Shown piece after piece: positions 1 to 8,655 of a stretch of 64,000 nucleotides of DNA (the first letter of the stretch is position 1; every line of letters starts with the position of its first letter). A program made the translations under genes and the position numbers. The notes under the pieces were generated by a model. That model did no database searches and was not told where the DNA came from. It saw only the letters and a program-made list of their open reading frames with translations. Source of the DNA: an uncultured delta proteobacterium (lineage in GTDB: Bacteria; Desulfobacterota; Binatia; Binatales; Binataceae). The stretch covers positions 608,001 to 672,000 of the forward strand of contig CAWCDG010000002.1 of NCBI GenBank assembly GCA_963794325.1, written 5' to 3'.

Positions 1-309
1 GGCTTCGAGGTCATCTACACCGGCCTTCATCAGACCCCCGAGATGATCGCGGAGGCCGCAGTGCAGGAAGACGCCGACGCGGTCGGGCTGAGCGTACTTT
101 CGGGCGCGCATATGACGCTGTTCCCCGAAGTGATGCGGCTGCTGAAGGAGCGCGGCGCTGCCGAGGTCGCAGTTTTCGGCGGCGGAATTATTCCCGACGA
201 CGACGCCGTCAAGCTCAAGCAGATGGGCGTCCGGCAAATCTTCACCCCCGGCGCGTCAACTGAAGATATCGTTAAATGGGTGCGCGAGAACGTCGCGGCC
301 CGCACTTAG
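1..309 (+). CDS. Cobalamin-binding domain of an acyl-CoA mutase (methylmalonyl/isobutyryl-CoA mutase C-terminal domain or small subunit), 5'-truncated by window
   Basis: [44 protein letters not shown] and IFTPG motifs. Confidence 0.9.
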   Translation, partial: GFEVIYTGLHQTPEMIAEAAVQEDADAVGLSVLSGAHMTLFPEVMRLLKERGAAEVAVFGGGIIPDDDAVKLKQMGVRQIFTPGASTEDIVKWVRENVAART

Positions 310-315
310 TTTCAA

Positions 316-1473
316 ATGAATTTCGATTTGACCGAAGAGCAGCGGCGCATCCGCGAGACGCTGACCGACTTCGCCGAGCGCGAGATCAAGCCATACTCGA
401 CCAAGTGGGATAAGGAGGAGACCTTCCCGCGGCATATCATCGAGCAGCTCGGGCAGTTGGGGTTTCTGGGCGTCGCGTTCGCTGAAAAATTTGGCGGCGG
501 TGGCGCCGATACTCTGTCGCAAGTGCTGGTCGTCGAAGGACTCTCGCGCTACGACGCCTCGATCGGCCTCACCTGCGCCGCGCACATGTCGCTCTCGACC
601 GGCCACATCGCGGCATTCGCATCCGACACTCTGCGCAATCATTACGTTCCCGAAATGCTGCAGGCGAAGAAGCTCGGCGCGTGGTGCCTCACCGAACCCA
701 GCTCCGGTTCCGACGCCGCCGCGATGCGCACGAAGGCGACCCGCGTCGGCGACAACTATTCGATCACCGGCTCCAAGATGTTCATCACCAACGGCACGGT
801 TGCCGACGTGTATGTAGTGATGGCGATCACCGACCAGGCGCGCGGACGCGACGGCGTGTCGGCATTCATCGTCGATCGCGGAACCGCCGGATTGGCGAAT
901 GGCAAGAAGATCGAAAAACTCGGATTGCGCGCGTCCGACACCGCCGAAGTCATCTTCGAAAACGTAACTGTGCCGGCGCGCAACCTCGTCGGCGAGCTCG
1001 GGGCCGGTTATCGGCAGACACTCAAGGTGCTCGAAGCAGGACGAATCGGAATCGCGGGATTCGCGGCGGGCATCGCGCGCGGGGGGTTCGAGGAAGCGCG
1101 CGCGTATGCTCTCGAACGCGGGCAGTTCGGCAAAAAGATTGCCGAGTTCCAGGCAATCCAGTGGATGTTCGCCGACATGGCGACGCGGATCGACGCATCG
1201 TGGGTGCTCATCTGCCGCGCCGCCGCACTCAAGGATGCGGGCAAGCCGTTCGCGCGTGAGGCTGCGATGGCAAAGCTGTTCGCATCCGAGACCGCGATGT
1301 GGTCGACGATCAAAGCCGTGCAGATCCACGGCGGCTACGGCTACGTCACCGACTTCCCGGTCGAGCGTTACATGCGCGACGCGAAGCTGTCGGAGATCGG
1401 CGAGGGCACCAGCGAAGTGCAGCGCATGATCATCGCGAAATCGCTGCTGCGCGACGGCTACCTGCCGGCCTGA
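316..1473 (+). CDS. Acyl-CoA dehydrogenase
   Basis: [28 protein letters not shown] and [10 protein letters not shown] motifs; 385 aa. Confidence 0.95.
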   Translation: MNFDLTEEQRRIRETLTDFAEREIKPYSTKWDKEETFPRHIIEQLGQLGFLGVAFAEKFGGGGADTLSQVLVVEGLSRYDASIGLTCAAHMSLSTGHIAAFASDTLRNHYVPEMLQAKKLGAWCLTEPSSGSDAAAMRTKATRVGDNYSITGSKMFITNGTVADVYVVMAITDQARGRDGVSAFIVDRGTAGLANGKKIEKLGLRASDTAEVIFENVTVPARNLVGELGAGYRQTLKVLEAGRIGIAGFAAGIARGGFEEARAYALERGQFGKKIAEFQAIQWMFADMATRIDASWVLICRAAALKDAGKPFAREAAMAKLFASETAMWSTIKAVQIHGGYGYVTDFPVERYMRDAKLSEIGEGTSEVQRMIIAKSLLRDGYLPA

Positions 1474-1476
1474 TCG

Positions 1477-2205
1477 TTAGTCTTCGAGCAAATCTTCCTG
1501 AATGATCGCGAGTTCGCGCGCGTCGAGGCCGATTACCTTGCGCATGAAGCCTTCGATGCCGCCGTTCTCATCCATCAGCTCGAAGACCGGGTCGAGTTGC
1601 TCGGCCGCGAGGGGAATCTTTTTGAAGACCAAATTGCTTTCGAGAAAGTCGGCGACGATTCGATCGCGCTCGACCCCAAGCATCGACAGCAGCATCGCGG
1701 CGCCGACTCCGGTGCGGTCACGGCCCGCGGAACAATGGAAGAGCAGGGGATAGACGTCGCGCTCGGCGAGCAATTTGAAGAAGCGCCGCCAGTCGTGCCG
1801 GAATTGCATCACGAGCGCGAGATGCTCGCGGCCGGGTTCCGGCGCGACTCGCGTGTAGCCCTGGTCATTGAACCATTCGTCGCCCATTGGGATGTGTTCC
1901 CATCGCACGCCGCTGCGCGCGGCCGGCGCTGGCGAGCCGAGGTGTTTCACTTCGGCGCGGCTCTGAAGAGTGACCAGGGTGCGAAGCTTCAGCTGGCTGA
2001 TGGGACTCTCGGGCGGGACCTCGGCAAGATGCGACGAGCGAAATATCTTGCCGGCACGGACGCGCCGCTGCTTGGCGGCCGGATGACCTCCCAGATCGCG
2101 GAAATTCTGCGCCGCGAAACTCCGCAGCAATTCGAAGTCGACGACGACCCGCGGCGGCTCAGTCGGTTCCTTGATACCTTCCGGAATGTTCTTCCCTTTT
2201 GGCAA
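1477..2205 (-). CDS. Tyrosine-protein phosphatase (PtpB/Y_phosphatase3-like)
   Basis: NFRDLGG, FRSS and P-loop HCSAGRDRTG. Confidence 0.9.
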   Translation of the reverse strand: MPKGKNIPEGIKEPTEPPRVVVDFELLRSFAAQNFRDLGGHPAAKQRRVRAGKIFRSSHLAEVPPESPISQLKLRTLVTLQSRAEVKHLGSPAPAARSGVRWEHIPMGDEWFNDQGYTRVAPEPGREHLALVMQFRHDWRRFFKLLAERDVYPLLFHCSAGRDRTGVGAAMLLSMLGVERDRIVADFLESNLVFKKIPLAAEQLDPVFELMDENGGIEGFMRKVIGLDARELAIIQEDLLED

Positions 2206-2308
2206 ACTGATCGGTCCTGCTGCTGGTGTCGGTCAAAAGTGTAACAGGGCGCGACGCGCGGACCAAAGGAGACTCGACTCACTTGCTTCGTGCACCGCGG
2301 TCAGTTAA

Positions 2309-2322
2309 TAGACTAGAGTCTA
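2309..2322. promoter_or_regulatory. Palindrome TAGACT-AG-AGTCTA, candidate TetR autoregulatory operator
   Basis: Perfect 6-bp inverted repeat 5 nt upstream of the TetR ATG. Confidence 0.55.
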
Positions 2323-2327
2323 GTTAT

Positions 2328-2984
2328 ATGGCTGAGTATATCGAAACCTCCACCACCCAATCCGCCCCGGTGTCGCGGCGCGAGCGCAAGAAGGGGCGCA
2401 CTCGCGCTGATATCTACAGCGCCGCGATGAATTTATTTGTGCGGCGCGGTTTCGATTCGGTTACGATCGAGGATATCTGCGAGGCCGCCGACGTGGCGCG
2501 GGCGACTTTCTTTCTGCATTTCCCGGCCAAGGAAGCGCTGCTTATCGAGTACGGCGAGCGCGCCAACCACGAGCTGGCCGCCGCCATTGCCGAATATCGC
2601 GGCAGCGCGACCTCGACGCTTCGGATGGCGCTCAAGATGCTGGCGGAGCGTGCGGTGCGCCATACCGACGTCGTCCGGCTGGTGATGCGGGAAATGCTGG
2701 CGCGGCCGCGAGTTCTGAGCGAGCACGATGAGAAGGCGGCCGGCCTGGTTGATCTGCTCGCGGGAATTATCCGGCGAGGGCAAAAGTCGGGCGAGTTCCG
2801 CCGCCGCGTGGAGCCGACGGTGGTAGCGCTGACCGCCTCCGCGGCGTTTTTCGCGCTGATTTATACATGGGTGCGCAACGACGGCAAGATCGATGTCGAG
2901 GGGGCGGTGGCCGAGACTTTGGACGTCATTTTGAACGGGCTCAGCGAAAAGAAATCCAGACGCGGACAACGCGCAGCAACCTAA
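2328..2984 (+). CDS. TetR/AcrR family transcriptional regulator
   Basis: HTH signature RGFDSVTIEDICEAADVARATFFLHFPAKE; start placed at ATG 2328. Confidence 0.93.
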   Translation: MAEYIETSTTQSAPVSRRERKKGRTRADIYSAAMNLFVRRGFDSVTIEDICEAADVARATFFLHFPAKEALLIEYGERANHELAAAIAEYRGSATSTLRMALKMLAERAVRHTDVVRLVMREMLARPRVLSEHDEKAAGLVDLLAGIIRRGQKSGEFRRRVEPTVVALTASAAFFALIYTWVRNDGKIDVEGAVAETLDVILNGLSEKKSRRGQRAAT

Positions 2985-3037
2985 CAAGAGAGTGTCGATG
3001 AAAATGACGCAAAGAAATAATCGCCTGCGCGGCGGGC

Positions 3038-3063
3038 GGCAGGGGTGACCCCTGCACCCAGTG
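3038..3063 (+). repeat. REP-like family B (GGCAGGGGTGACCCCTGCACCCAGT)
   Basis: Same hairpin at ~37290 (rc), ~38328, ~41835 and ~49481. Confidence 0.8.
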
Positions 3064-3252
3064 AAAAGTGAGAAGGGGCGAAATGTTGCGGACAACCTTT
3101 CGCTCTCAGGGTCGCGGGGAGGAGGGCGAGCGTAAAGGTGTGATGTTCGGCTTTCACCCGTCAGCGTGCGCGCAGCGAATGATCGACTAACCCGTGACCC
3201 GTTGCCTCGAGGGAAGGGGAACAATCCCGTTAAGAGGATCGAGGAAAGCTAG

Positions 3253-4668
3253 ATGGCAAACACTCATGCGATTGTGATGGGCGGCAGCATGGCCGGGCTT
3301 TGTGCTGCGCGCGTGCTGAGCAAGTTCTACGACAAAGTTACGGTGATCGATCGCGACGCTTATCCGGTCGGCGCGCACGAGCGGCCCGGCGTTCCGCAGA
3401 GCCGGCATGTTCATGCGCTGCTGATGCGCGGGCGGCTCGAACTCGATGGGCTCTTCCCGGGTTTCGAGCAGACCATGCTGCAGCGCGGCGCTATCGACAT
3501 AAATTTCGGCTGCGACTTCGCCGCGCTCAGGCAGGACGGATGGGCCGAGCGGCGGCCGAACTCGATTACGACGCTGTTCGCGAGCCGCGTGTTGATCGAG
3601 GAGACCGTGCGCGAGTTGCTGCGTCGCATTCCGAACGTCGAGCTGATCGAGCGCGCCGAGGCGGTCGGATTCGAGACGGTGCGCGGCGACGCGCTCCGGG
3701 TGGCTGGAGTGAAGGTGAATCCGCGCGACGGCGGCGCTGCGTTCACTCTGAAAGGAGATCTCATCGTCGATGCGAGCGGGCGCACGACCAAAGTTCCGTC
3801 GTGGATCGAGGCGATGGGCCTGCCGTTGCCGCCGGAGACTGTGGTCGATTCGCATACCGGCTACGCCTCGCGATGGTTCAAGGCAAATCCCGAGCGGCGC
3901 CCGAAGGAGTGGTGGTGGAAGGGAATCTGGATCGATCCGATCGCGGAGAGTTTCTCGACCGCCGGCGTTCTGTTTCCGGTCGAGGGCAATCGATTTATCG
4001 TCTCGCTGGCGGGCATCGGAGGGCATTATCCGCCAAGTGACGAGGCCGAATTCACCGCCAAGCTCGCGCAACTCCGCTCGCCGATCATCTCTGAAGAAGT
4101 CGCGCTCGGGGAGCCGATGTCGCAGGTCTATTCGTATCGGCAGATGGCGAATCGATGGCGCCATTACGACAAGTGGGCGGCGCGGCTCGACGGTTTCGTC
4201 GCGCTGGGCGACTCGTCGTGCGCATTCAACCCGGTTTACGGTCAGGGAATGACGTCGGGCGCGTTGTCGGCGCTGATGCTCGGCGAGTGCCTCGACAAGA
4301 ACGGCATCAACGATGTCGAAATCCCGCGGAAATTTTTCGCCGCGCAGGCGCGCTTCCAGGCCGAGCCATGGGGACTCGCGACCGCGTCCGATTTCAGAGT
4401 TCCGGGCACCGAAGGCAAGCGTCCGTTGATGAGCCGCGTGATGGATCCGTTGATAGGCAAAATGTTCCAGGTCGCGAATGACGATCCGGCGATCGGCGAA
4501 CGTATCGGCGAAGTGATCAATATGATGAAGCCGCCGTCGGCGCTGTTCGAGTCGTCGATGCTGAAGCTGATCGCGAAGGCCTGGTCGCGCCGGCTGTTCA
4601 AAGGCAGAACGCGCGAGAAGGAAGCGGCGACGACGATGCCGCCGCTCGCGCTGGGCGTCGAAGGGTAG
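3253..4668 (+). CDS. FAD-dependent monooxygenase/epoxidase-like oxidoreductase
   Basis: GGSMAG dinucleotide-binding motif, RPGVPQSRHVH, VDASGR and LGDSSCAFNPVYGQGM. Confidence 0.88.
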   Translation: MANTHAIVMGGSMAGLCAARVLSKFYDKVTVIDRDAYPVGAHERPGVPQSRHVHALLMRGRLELDGLFPGFEQTMLQRGAIDINFGCDFAALRQDGWAERRPNSITTLFASRVLIEETVRELLRRIPNVELIERAEAVGFETVRGDALRVAGVKVNPRDGGAAFTLKGDLIVDASGRTTKVPSWIEAMGLPLPPETVVDSHTGYASRWFKANPERRPKEWWWKGIWIDPIAESFSTAGVLFPVEGNRFIVSLAGIGGHYPPSDEAEFTAKLAQLRSPIISEEVALGEPMSQVYSYRQMANRWRHYDKWAARLDGFVALGDSSCAFNPVYGQGMTSGALSALMLGECLDKNGINDVEIPRKFFAAQARFQAEPWGLATASDFRVPGTEGKRPLMSRVMDPLIGKMFQVANDDPAIGERIGEVINMMKPPSALFESSMLKLIAKAWSRRLFKGRTREKEAATTMPPLALGVEG

Positions 4669-4823
4669 GTTCTACTTGCTCGTGCGGCGACACTTGTGCC
4701 GCGCACGGGCGAGGGCGCACGCATCGAGCGCAGTGCGCGCGCCCTCACCCGCGCTAAGGCGTGCCTCTCCCGAGGGAAACCTTTGCATAACTGATTGCTG
4801 CCTCTCTCCCTCTCCCTGTCCCC

Positions 4824-4941
4824 GTGTCATTCAGAGCGAAGCGAAGAATCCCGGATCCTTCTTCCCCTCTCCCGGCGGGAGAGGATTTAAGGAGAGGGAC
4901 CTTGTGCAGCGCGCGATTTTTTCGCGCGCGATTCGAGATTC
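4824..4941 (+). repeat. REP modules A (GTCATTCAGAGCGAAGCGAAGAATC) and D (CCTCTCCC..GGGAGAGGATTTAAGGAGAGGGACCTT..GCGCGATTCGAGATTC)
   Basis: Inverted counterparts at 7550-7672; further D copies at 16700-16785 and 57405-57480. Confidence 0.8.
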
Positions 4942-5008
4942 TGCGTCCGATTCCTTTGATTCGCCTGCTGGAACTGGCGCTACGAAGTCATCCCTGTAAG
5001 ATTGACGG

Positions 5009-6307
5009 ATGATCTCAAAACTAATCGACCAAATTATAGAACGCGATCTTCAGGATTTAATCGAGTTACGTATCGCTGAGAGAAAAACGCTCGATTACAA
5101 GCGCGACCTTCCCGCCAGGACTCCTACAGATAGAGATAAATTCCTAGCTAATGTGTCCTCCTTCGCGAACACTTCGGGAGGGGATTTAATCTATGGGATC
5201 GAAGCACCCTCCGGAACTGGAGAGCCGACTTCTATTCCGGGGTTGGACCTTCCGAATCCTGAGGAAGAGAAATTACGCTTGGAGCAGTACCTTCAGTCAG
5301 GCCTACGTCCTACTCTTCCACGCCACGATATTCACTATTTTAGGTTGAACTCGGGCCGCTACGTCCTAATCGTTCGTGCGTGGCAGAGTTGGATAGGACC
5401 GCATCGTCTGGGCGAGTATGGGGCGTTTTATGCGCGAAATTCGGCGGGCAAGTTTCAACTCGACGTTGCTCAGCTTCGGCAGGCATTTGGTCTTTCCGAT
5501 TCAATCTCTCAGAGGATGGGCGCTTTTCGGGCCGATCGTATTTCAAAGGTCTATAGCGACGATCTCCCGGCCCCAATCGACGAGGGTCCCCGGCTTCTAA
5601 TTCATATTATTCCGCCTTCTGCATTTGCTCCATTTGTCCAGTTAGATTTAGCGGATTCTCTACGGAAGGCGTTCTCCGACAGTGGCGACAATTTCGGCTG
5701 GAAGAGTTTCGAACCATTTTCGCATACTTTTTCTTGGGATCAGTTTGTCAATTTGGAAGGGCCGGTCGTTATCCCCACGGCGGCCGATGGTCGAGCAGCG
5801 GGCAGATCTTACGTTCAGATATATCGAACTGGAGTGCTCGAAGCACTTTGGCTGCTCCCATACAGGAGGTTTCAATATAGTCCAGGGGAAGAGCGATCCG
5901 GCATCCGGGGTGACGGATGGTTACCAAACCTTATCGAGCTTCTGCGAAAATATATGATAGGTCTGAATCGACTCGGCGTCTCTCCTCCCTTCTTTGTGTT
6001 TTTTACTTTTCTTTCAATCAAAGAGTTCTACCTCTTCGGGCCGAGCGGAAGTGGTACGCATCGTCCCTTCAACCGAGATCAGATCTTGCTGCCAGAGATC
6101 TACGTTGAGACTATTCCGGACGATATCAGGCCGATGATCCAACGATCACTCGACATGGTTTGGAACGCTATAGGTGCTGAGGTGAACCCATACAATCGGG
6201 AATCCCTAATGTTGCTCTGCAATCGCGGCGCGCGGTTGTCCCTCACCCGACGCACGGGGACGTGCGTCGGCCTTGTATGTTGCGGTCAAAGTCCGAAGAT
6301 GAAGTAG
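5009..6307 (+). CDS. Schlafen/AlbA_2 domain protein (low GC, horizontally acquired)
   Basis: AERKTLDYK, VSSFANTSGGDLIYGI and PHR..FYARNSAGK motifs; visibly AT-richer than flanks; C-terminal tail reads through a REP into the IS110 left end. Confidence 0.88.
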   Translation: MISKLIDQIIERDLQDLIELRIAERKTLDYKRDLPARTPTDRDKFLANVSSFANTSGGDLIYGIEAPSGTGEPTSIPGLDLPNPEEEKLRLEQYLQSGLRPTLPRHDIHYFRLNSGRYVLIVRAWQSWIGPHRLGEYGAFYARNSAGKFQLDVAQLRQAFGLSDSISQRMGAFRADRISKVYSDDLPAPIDEGPRLLIHIIPPSAFAPFVQLDLADSLRKAFSDSGDNFGWKSFEPFSHTFSWDQFVNLEGPVVIPTAADGRAAGRSYVQIYRTGVLEALWLLPYRRFQYSPGEERSGIRGDGWLPNLIELLRKYMIGLNRLGVSPPFFVFFTFLSIKEFYLFGPSGSGTHRPFNRDQILLPEIYVETIPDDIRPMIQRSLDMVWNAIGAEVNPYNRESLMLLCNRGARLSLTRRTGTCVGLVCCGQSPKMK

Positions 6308-6465
6308 GACGAGGGCGCGGCAGGCCGATTCGGCCTAGGTCGATAGAGACCGAGGGAGAGCGTGGTCGCCGCGCCCATAACTCCGGCCAGGAGCCCGAAC
6401 AGTCGCTGGGGCGGCGCACGGCGCAGAGCCCGAATCGCGCAAGGATGGGCGGTGCCGGAACCCAT
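6285..6465 (+). ncRNA. Putative IS110 bridge RNA (target-binding and donor-binding loops); ends approximate
   Basis: Stem GGGCGCGGC/GCCGCGCCC encloses TCGGCCT (6330-6336) and GGGAGAG (6354-6360), matching the target; second loop holds ACAGTCGCT (6399-6407) and CAAG (6440-6443), matching the donor junction. Confidence 0.8.
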
Positions 6466-6477
6466 GGAGGCGGTGGG

Positions 6478-7425
6478 ATGCAAGCAGCAGCGGTGGTGGT
6501 CGGGATCGATGTGAGCAAGCGCACGCTGGAAGTGGCGTTGTCCAGCGGTGGCGGCTTCAGCGTTACCAACGACGAGGACGGGATCAGCGAGATGCTGGCG
6601 CGGCTGCGGCCAAGCGGGGCTGCGCTGGTAGTGCTGGAAGCCTCGGGTGGATATGAGAGCCCAGCCTACCTGGCGCTGTGGGAGGCGGGGGTGCCGACTG
6701 CGCTAATCAATCCGCGCGACGCCTATCACTTCGCCCAGGCCAATCGGCAATTGGCTAAAACCGATCAGCTCGACGCGCGCGGGTTATGTGAGTTTGGCTT
6801 GCGCATGCAGCCCGCACCGTTGCCTCCGCCGGAGGCGGCGGATGAAGAACTCAAAGCCCTGGCCGTGCGCCGGCGCCAAGTAGTCAAGATGCTGGCGGCG
6901 GAGCGCACCCGGGTGCAACAGGCGCCGCGCTCAGTGCGGTCCAGCGTCAAGCGCATCGTCCGCGCGCTGGAGCGCGAGCTAGGTGCGGTCGACCATCAGA
7001 TCGAACAACGACTGCGGAACAATCCGCGCCTGGCGCACCGCTGCGCGCAACTCGAACAGGTGCCGGGACTGGGGCCGGTGACCGGCGCGATCCTGGTCAG
7101 CCGGCTGCCCGAGCTGGGTCGGCTCGGGCCCAAGCAGATCGCGGCGCTGGTCGGAGTCGCACCGTATGACCATCAAAGCGGTGAGTGGCGCGGGCGTAGC
7201 TCGATCTTCGGCGGCCGCGCCGAGGTGCGCAGCGCCCTGTATATGGCCACCCTGTCCGCGATTCGCTGTAACCCGGTGCTGCGCAGCTTTTATCGCCGGC
7301 TGCGGGCGGCCGGTAAACCGGCCAAGGTCGCGATCATCGCAGCCATGCGCAAGCTGCTCGTCATCCTCAACGCGATGTTCAAAACCAACTCGCCCTGGAG
7401 GCCTCCATGCGCCATCACCGTGTAG
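6478..7425 (+). CDS. IS110 family DEDD recombinase (transposase)
   Basis: GIDVSK, VLEASG, KTDQLD (DEDD); GVAPYDHQSG catalytic Ser; GGAGG RBS before ATG 6478. Confidence 0.96.
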   Translation: MQAAAVVVGIDVSKRTLEVALSSGGGFSVTNDEDGISEMLARLRPSGAALVVLEASGGYESPAYLALWEAGVPTALINPRDAYHFAQANRQLAKTDQLDARGLCEFGLRMQPAPLPPPEAADEELKALAVRRRQVVKMLAAERTRVQQAPRSVRSSVKRIVRALERELGAVDHQIEQRLRNNPRLAHRCAQLEQVPGLGPVTGAILVSRLPELGRLGPKQIAALVGVAPYDHQSGEWRGRSSIFGGRAEVRSALYMATLSAIRCNPVLRSFYRRLRAAGKPAKVAIIAAMRKLLVILNAMFKTNSPWRPPCAITV

Positions 7426-7427
7426 AT

Positions 7428-7505
7428 AACCGGGTTGCCCACAAGTCCACAGGCGGGGTCCTTCCTTGGACCCCACAGCCTGTGGACCCTGTGGGCAACC
7501 CGGTT
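7428..7505 (+). other. Long hairpin in the IS110 right end
   Basis: AACCGGGTTGCCCACA...TGTGGGCAACCCGGTT outer stem with inner GTCCACAGGC/GCCTGTGGAC and GGGGTCC/GGACCCC. Confidence 0.75.
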
Positions 7506-7729
7506 CCCTTGATTCCCAACACAGTCGCTCTCCCCATTGAGGGCGAGGCGAAGAAGGAGCCGGGATTCTTGGCTTCGCTCTAGAATGACACAAAGGCGGA
7601 ATCTTGAATCGCGCGCAAAAAATGCGCGCTGGACAAGGTCCCTCTCCTTAAATCCTCTCCCGTCGGGAGAGAGGAAGAGACGCCGTGCAGTTATGCAAAG
7701 GTCTCCGAAGGGAGAGGTAACGAGACTCG

Positions 7730-8644
7730 TTACTGCTGGTTTTGCTGGTTGGAGGTGTCTTTGGGATCGAGCGGGCGAGGCGGGTCCGGGAGCGGTTCTA
7801 TTTTCAGATCTACCGACATCAACTGCATGCCGCCGTGGCTTTTGTAGACGCCGCGCATTGGTGGGACGTCGGAGTAGTCGCGGCCGATGGCGACTCGGAT
7901 GTGACGCTCGTCCACCATGCATCCGTTGGTCGGGTCGAAGCCGGTCCATCCCATGCCCGGTAGCTGCGCTTCCAGCCACGCGTGGCTCGCTTGCGCGCCG
8001 ATGCTGGCGGCGCCACTGTTTGCCGCGGGCGCCAAATAGCCCGAGACGTAGCGCGTCGGGATTCCGGCGAGGCGGAGTACGCCGATCGTCAGATGCGCAA
8101 AGTCCTGGCATACGCCGCCGCCGACGGTGAGAATTTCGTCGGCGGTCGAGTGCACCTTCGTCATTCCCGGCTCATAAACGAACTGGTCGCGGATGAAAGC
8201 GACGATGCGATTCGCATACGCGGCCACATCTTCGGACGGATCAGGTTTCGCCAGCCAGAAAAATTTGCGCATCGGGTCGCTGAACGGAACATTGCGGCTC
8301 GCGTTCAGGAAATCGTACTCGAGTCGATTGCGCACGTGATCCTCGAGCAGGTACTCGCCGAACGGCATCGGTATCGAAGGCGGCTGCGAATCATGCGTGC
8401 GCTCGACCAGAGATTTCGTCATAACGATTAGCTCGGGGTGCGGGTCGTGGAGCGAAAATCCGTAAACCCGATTGCCATAGTAGTCGTCGTATTCAAAGGT
8501 GGACGCGTCGGGGGTCAAATCCAAATCGAACTCGACGCATCGTTGATTCGCGCCTTCCAGCGGGCGCATTCGCACTTCGTTGTGCGAATCGTAGGCGGGC
8601 GCCTGGTACTCGAAGCGAGTGGTGTGGCAGATCCGAAGCAGCAT
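7730..8644 (-). CDS. Transglutaminase-like protein (Bact_transglu_N + core)
   Basis: Triad GVCQDFAH / ASHAW / FDPTN; GRDYSDVPP; start at ATG 8644. Confidence 0.93.
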   Translation of the reverse strand: MLLRICHTTRFEYQAPAYDSHNEVRMRPLEGANQRCVEFDLDLTPDASTFEYDDYYGNRVYGFSLHDPHPELIVMTKSLVERTHDSQPPSIPMPFGEYLLEDHVRNRLEYDFLNASRNVPFSDPMRKFFWLAKPDPSEDVAAYANRIVAFIRDQFVYEPGMTKVHSTADEILTVGGGVCQDFAHLTIGVLRLAGIPTRYVSGYLAPAANSGAASIGAQASHAWLEAQLPGMGWTGFDPTNGCMVDERHIRVAIGRDYSDVPPMRGVYKSHGGMQLMSVDLKIEPLPDPPRPLDPKDTSNQQNQQ

Positions 8645-8655
8645 CGCGTCACAGT

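Larger units (their letters stand above)
6272..7529 (+). mobile_element. IS110 family element (IS621-like), inserted in a REP hairpin at a CT core
   Basis: Left end CT|TGTAT (6272-6278), right end ACAGTCG|CT (7521-7529); empty site CGTCGGC-CT-CTCCC; no TIRs; DEDD recombinase inside. Confidence 0.88.
4775..7706. mobile_element. Putative non-autonomous transposable segment bounded by 19-bp terminal inverted repeats; carries an AlbA_2 gene, REP modules and an IS110
   Basis: GGAAACCTTTGCATAACTG (4775-4793) vs rc of 7688-7706 GGAGACCTTTGCATAACTG (18/19); flanks rebuild the hairpin CCTCTCCC-GAN-GGGAGAGG. Confidence 0.6.

Noticed and set aside
6262-6477. N-terminal extension of the IS110 transposase in the ORF track
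   Set aside because: This is the non-coding left end (bridge RNA); the RBS and family N-terminus point to ATG 6478
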